From NCBI GenBank assembly GCA_013215105.1, contig JABSPL010000199.1, positions 1-64,000 on the forward strand: DNA of 64,000 bases. The letters run 5' to 3'. This document shows, piece by piece, positions 59,653 through 64,000 of this stretch; positions within the stretch are counted from its first letter, which is position 1, and each line of letters opens with the position of its first letter. The notes beneath the pieces are model-generated. The model was given only the letters and a program-made list of their open reading frames with translations, made no database searches and was not told where the DNA came from. Both the position numbers and the translations under genes were made by a program. The stretch is from Flavobacteriaceae bacterium (lineage in GTDB: Bacteria > Bacteroidota > Bacteroidia > Flavobacteriales > Flavobacteriaceae).

Positions 59653-62100
59653 TTAATACAATTCAGGATATTTACTAGGATTTACCTCGTTCATTATTCC
59701 ATATATTTTCTCAAATATATCCTCAGCCGATGGCTTAGAGAAATAATCACCATCACTACCATAAGCCGCTCTATGTGCTTTAGCTGTCAAGGTTTCGGGC
59801 TTACTGTCAAGGTGTATATATGCGTTTTGGTTTTCTAGTATGTTTTGCATCAAATATGCAGAAGCACCTCCAGGGACATCCTCGTCTATTACCAATAATC
59901 TGTTGGTTTTCTTTACACTTTCTACCGTATCGTTGTTTATGTCAAATGGCAACAAACACTGTGCATCTATTATCTCTATGTCGATACCTACTTTTAATAG
60001 ATCTATAGAAACCTGCTCAACTATCCTCAAAGTAGAACCGTAAGAAACCACAGTCATGTCTTTACCTTCTTTTACAGTTTCCACAACACCTATAGCTTCT
60101 CTGAATTCTCCTAAGTTAGTAGGAAGATTCTCTTTAAGTCTATAGCCATTTAAATTTTCTATTATAAGTGCTGGCTCGTCACCTAGCATAAGAGTATTAT
60201 AAAACCCTGCTGCTTTAGTCATATTTCTAGGTACAAGTACGTAAATACCTTTCAGAGCATTTATTATCATCCCCATAGGCGAACCCGAATGCCATATACC
60301 TTCTAATCTATGCCCTCTGGTACGTATTATTAGTGGTGCTTTTTGAGTTCCCGCAGTACGATATCTCAATGTAGCTAAGTCGTCACTCATTATTTGTAAA
60401 GCATACAAAAGATAATCCAAATACTGTATTTCAGCAATAGGTCTTAGCCCTCTCATTGCCATTCCTATTCCCTGACCTAATATTGTAGCTTCTCTTATCC
60501 CTGTATCTCCTATTCTCAAAGCTCCAAACTTGTCTTGTAAACCATCCAAACCTTGGTTTACATCTCCTATTTTACCTGCATCCTCACCAAATATCAATGC
60601 TTCTGGGTATTTGGTAAACAATGAGTCAAAATTATCTCTCAATACCAAACGAGCATCAACCATATTAGCCTCTCTAGAGTAAACAGGTGCTACAGCTTGT
60701 ATTTTGGTTACTTTACTTGACGATTCGTTATATAAATTGTCAGAATATAATGGCTGAGTCTGTTTGAATATTTTCTTTACCCAAGCTTGTAATATAGTTT
60801 TACTTGGGAAGTTTTCTCCTGCTATTATAGGTAAAACTTTCCTAGCTACCGAAATCAAATCTTTTCTTAAAGGTTCTTTTTCTCCTTTTATCTTAGTAAA
60901 ATAACTGTTGATGTCTATCTTATTGTCTGACTCTGAAATTACTTGCTCTAATATTTCAATTAATTCAGACTGTTCTTTCTTTAGAGGAGTCAAAAACGAT
61001 TTCCAAGCTTCTCTTTTAGCTTCAGAAACCTCTTTTTTGATAGATTTCTCCATATCTATAAGAGACTGCTCGTCTTCGACTAATTTTAGTTTTTTATTAG
61101 TAGGAACACTAAAGTTAATCATCCAATCACGCATTTTAACCAAACAGTCATGCTCTTTTTCCCAAGTAAGTCTTTCTGGTCCTTTGTATCTTTCGTGCGA
61201 CCCCGAAGTAGAATGCCCCTGAGGCTGAGTAAGCTCGTTTACGTGTATAAGTACAGGAACATGTTCCTCTCTAGCTATCTTACCTGCTTTTTCGTAGGTT
61301 TTTATAAGTTCAGTATAATCCCAACCTTTTACTCTTAATATTTCGTATCCTTTTTCTTTATTATTTCTTTGGAAACCTTTTAATATTTCCGATATGTTTT
61401 GCTTAGTAGTATGGTCTTTGGCATGTACCGAAATACCATATTCATCGTCCCAAACACTTATAACCATAGGCACTTGCATAACTCCTGCAGCGTTTATGGT
61501 TTCAAAAAACAAACCTTCACTAGTACTTGCATTACCTATAGTTCCCCAAGCAACTTCGTTTCCTTTGTCCGAAAATATATTCTCGTTTTGTAAATATTTT
61601 TCATCTCTATACATTTTAGATGCTTGTGCAAGACCTAATAATCTCGGCATCTGACCTGCTGTAGGAGAAATGTCTGAACTAGAGTTTTTTTGGTTTTTTA
61701 ACTCTTTCCAGCTTCCATCAGCATTAAGACTGTGAGTAGAAAAGTGACCTCCCATCTGTCTACCTCCCGACATTGGCTCTGCCTCTAAGCTAGTATGTGC
61801 ATAAAGTCCTGCGAAAAACTGTGCAGGAGTCAACTTACCTATAGCCATCATAAATGTTTGATCTCTATAATAACCCGACCTAAAATCACCGTTTTTGAAT
61901 GCCCTTGCCATTGCTAACTGAGGAACTTCTTTACCGTCTCCGAAAATACCAAATTTGGCTTTTCCTGTCAATACTTCTCTTCGACCTAGTAAACTACATT
62001 CCCTACTTAAAACTGCTGTTCTGTAGTCTTTTAAAATTTCTTCCTTGAATTTTAAAAATGATAATTCTTCTTTGGATATAAGATTCTTTTTAGCTATCAT
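59653..62100 (-). CDS. fused alpha-keto-acid dehydrogenase E1 component, alpha+beta subunits (TPP-dependent)
   Basis: 815 aa; N-terminal TPP-binding alpha-like region and C-terminal transketolase-like beta domains. Confidence 0.9.
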   Translation of the reverse strand: MIAKKNLISKEELSFLKFKEEILKDYRTAVLSRECSLLGRREVLTGKAKFGIFGDGKEVPQLAMARAFKNGDFRSGYYRDQTFMMAIGKLTPAQFFAGLYAHTSLEAEPMSGGRQMGGHFSTHSLNADGSWKELKNQKNSSSDISPTAGQMPRLLGLAQASKMYRDEKYLQNENIFSDKGNEVAWGTIGNASTSEGLFFETINAAGVMQVPMVISVWDDEYGISVHAKDHTTKQNISEILKGFQRNNKEKGYEILRVKGWDYTELIKTYEKAGKIAREEHVPVLIHVNELTQPQGHSTSGSHERYKGPERLTWEKEHDCLVKMRDWMINFSVPTNKKLKLVEDEQSLIDMEKSIKKEVSEAKREAWKSFLTPLKKEQSELIEILEQVISESDNKIDINSYFTKIKGEKEPLRKDLISVARKVLPIIAGENFPSKTILQAWVKKIFKQTQPLYSDNLYNESSSKVTKIQAVAPVYSREANMVDARLVLRDNFDSLFTKYPEALIFGEDAGKIGDVNQGLDGLQDKFGALRIGDTGIREATILGQGIGMAMRGLRPIAEIQYLDYLLYALQIMSDDLATLRYRTAGTQKAPLIIRTRGHRLEGIWHSGSPMGMIINALKGIYVLVPRNMTKAAGFYNTLMLGDEPALIIENLNGYRLKENLPTNLGEFREAIGVVETVKEGKDMTVVSYGSTLRIVEQVSIDLLKVGIDIEIIDAQCLLPFDINNDTVESVKKTNRLLVIDEDVPGGASAYLMQNILENQNAYIHLDSKPETLTAKAHRAAYGSDGDYFSKPSAEDIFEKIYGIMNEVNPSKYPELY

Positions 62101-62312
62101 ACGTATATATTTTCTGATAACAAATATAACGATTTTATATTATTATTATCTAACAGGTCTGTATAATAAACAAATATCAAAATAATGTTATTTTTATACT
62201 AAAAAAATGAAATTATGACAAGAAAAATAAACTACTTTTGCTTTAATTATTCTTTTTTACACCTTTTTTTAAATATGTGTATTTTAGAATAGTAAACAAT
62301 ATCTAAATATTA

Positions 62313-63218
62313 ATGGTAATCATGACTTGGAAAACACTTTTAAATGATTATTTGGACTATCTAAAAATAGAAAGAGGTCTGAGTGAAAATACTATCATTA
62401 ACTATAGGTTAGATGTGGAGAAACTCATGGCTTTTTTGGATGAAAACAATTATAATATCACAGCTATAACTATTGATAGATACACTGTACTTGAATTCGT
62501 TTATCAGGTTTCCAAGCTAAGCGAATCCAGTAGTCAAGCCCGAATAATATCGGGGCTTAGAGGTTTTTTCGATTACCTTATTTTTGAAAAATATAGAGAA
62601 GACAGCCCTATGTCGCTCATAGAATCGCCTAAAAGCGGAACTAAAATACCCGATATTCTTACTTTAGAAGAAGTGGATAATATAATAGATAGTTTCGATA
62701 GCGAAGATGCATTAGGTTATAGGAATAAAAATATAATAGAGTGCTTGTATAGTTGTGGGCTTAGAGTTAGTGAGCTTGTTGAACTTAAAATATCTAATAT
62801 TTACTATAAAGAGAGTGTAATACTTGTACATGGTAAGGGAAACAAAGAAAGATTTGTACCTATAGATGAACTTACTTTAACTAATATTAAGACTTATATA
62901 GAAGATTATCGTATAAAACACTCTAAAGAAGGTAAGTCCGAAGATGTATTGTTTCTTAACCGAAGAGGGAACAAACTTACAAGAATAATGATATACACTA
63001 TAGTCAAAGATATAGTTGCTAAACTAAGGCTTGCCAAAAACATCAGTCCTCATACTTTTAGGCATTCTTTTGCTACCCATCTGCTCGAAAACGGAGCTGA
63101 CTTAAGGTCTATACAGCAGTTACTTGGACACGAAAACATAGTGACTACCGAAAGATATATGCATATAGATAATAGCTTTTTGAAGGATATTGTAAATAAA
63201 TATCACCCTAGAGCTTAA
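62313..63218 (+). CDS. xerD: site-specific tyrosine recombinase XerD
   Basis: R..HxxR..Y catalytic residues ('HTFRHSFATHLLENGADLRSIQQLLGHENIVTTERY'). Confidence 0.85.
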   Translation: MVIMTWKTLLNDYLDYLKIERGLSENTIINYRLDVEKLMAFLDENNYNITAITIDRYTVLEFVYQVSKLSESSSQARIISGLRGFFDYLIFEKYREDSPMSLIESPKSGTKIPDILTLEEVDNIIDSFDSEDALGYRNKNIIECLYSCGLRVSELVELKISNIYYKESVILVHGKGNKERFVPIDELTLTNIKTYIEDYRIKHSKEGKSEDVLFLNRRGNKLTRIMIYTIVKDIVAKLRLAKNISPHTFRHSFATHLLENGADLRSIQQLLGHENIVTTERYMHIDNSFLKDIVNKYHPRA

Positions 63219-63468
63219 ATTTTATTTTTATTAATATTTGTTTTGTTGATAACTGTAATATTCATGTTTTGATTATTAACTAACTAACCGTTCTAATTGT
63301 TGAAAAGATACACTTCTATCAAAAACACAAACCACAAACCCTTATATATATTGTTGTTTTTACTTGTTAACAACTTATAGTTATTAACAAGTTTTTAACA
63401 ATAACTATGTCGATAAGTTTTGATTTTTTTATGACTAACCAATGTTATAATCTCCTATCTTTGTCTGC

Positions 63469-64000
63469 ATGGAAAAACCCTTTAATAACCCAAGTCAACC
63501 AGCATACGGTACTGATATAATACAAATGAGTCAAGGCAAGCTTCCCCCCCAAGCCTTAGATTTTGAAGAATCAGTACTATGTGCATTGATGATTGACAAA
63601 AAAGGAATAGATGAAGTAATTGATATACTACGCCCTGACGCTTTCTACAAAAAAGCTCATCAGGAAATATACAAAGCGATATATACTCTTTTTCAGAATT
63701 CTGAAAATATAGATATACTTACGGTTTGTAACCAGTTAAGGAAAGATCTGAAATTAAAAAGTGTAGGAGGAGAAACCTATATAGTTACTTTGAGCCAGAA
63801 AGTTGCCTCTTCGTCACATATAGAAGTTCATGCTCGTATAATAATACAGAAATATATACAGAGAAGTATCATAACTATCTCTAACGAAATAATAGAAGAT
63901 TCTTACAAAGAAAATACAGACGTATTCGAATTGCTAGACAGTGCCGAGGCTAAATTCTTTGAGATAACTCAAGGAAACCTTAAGAAAAGTTACGAATCAG
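63469..64000 (+). CDS. dnaB: replicative DNA helicase DnaB, N-terminal part (continues beyond window)
   Basis: DnaB N-terminal domain 'LPPQALDFEESVLCALMIDKKGIDEV...AFYKKAHQEIYKAI'. Confidence 0.85.
   Translation, partial: MEKPFNNPSQPAYGTDIIQMSQGKLPPQALDFEESVLCALMIDKKGIDEVIDILRPDAFYKKAHQEIYKAIYTLFQNSENIDILTVCNQLRKDLKLKSVGGETYIVTLSQKVASSSHIEVHARIIIQKYIQRSIITISNEIIEDSYKENTDVFELLDSAEAKFFEITQGNLKKSYES

Noticed and set aside
1-64000. CRISPR arrays, rRNA, tRNA, IS transposases, integrases other than xerD
   Set aside because: I found no regularly spaced direct repeats with unique spacers, no rRNA-like or cloverleaf-capable segments, and no transposase or integrase domains. xerD adjacent to dnaB looks like the chromosomal housekeeping recombinase.

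Overview
AT-rich Bacteroidetes (Flavobacteriia-like) chromosomal window with about 56 genes, many of them lipoproteins with an LxxC lipobox. Housekeeping core: tex, miaB, a sigma-54 enhancer-binding protein, an LptE-like lipoprotein, secG, rpsA, ndk, uvrB, a fused 2-oxoacid dehydrogenase E1 alpha/beta, xerD and the 5' end of dnaB. Accessory or surface genes: two tandem beta-lactamase-family serine hydrolases, an NfeD-flotillin pair, an S8 peptidase, two MBL-fold hydrolases, a TonB-dependent receptor with a DUF4249 partner, a pair of DUF3857/transglutaminase-like proteins (one catalytically dead), a BspA-like LRR surface protein with near-identical internal repeats, and an acidic lipoprotein carrying a 15-bp tandem repeat. 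The region 19.8-27.4 kb plus 49.4-52.6 kb looks rearrangement-prone. It holds a 3-gene cassette of unknowns (DUF4279-like + unknown + 4-TM membrane protein) bracketed by perfect 41-bp direct repeats; a thrice-repeated stop-codon-anchored 3' element; duplicated GDPD genes, one of them frameshifted with an (AAT)n-expanded signal peptide; an MFS transporter remnant; a BNR/sialidase-like pseudogene; and a ~160-bp intergenic element present three times upstream of unrelated genes. I found no rRNA, tRNA or CRISPR array. The best candidate for something undescribed is the direct-repeat-flanked three-gene cassette together with its repeat families; I cannot assign it a function from sequence alone.
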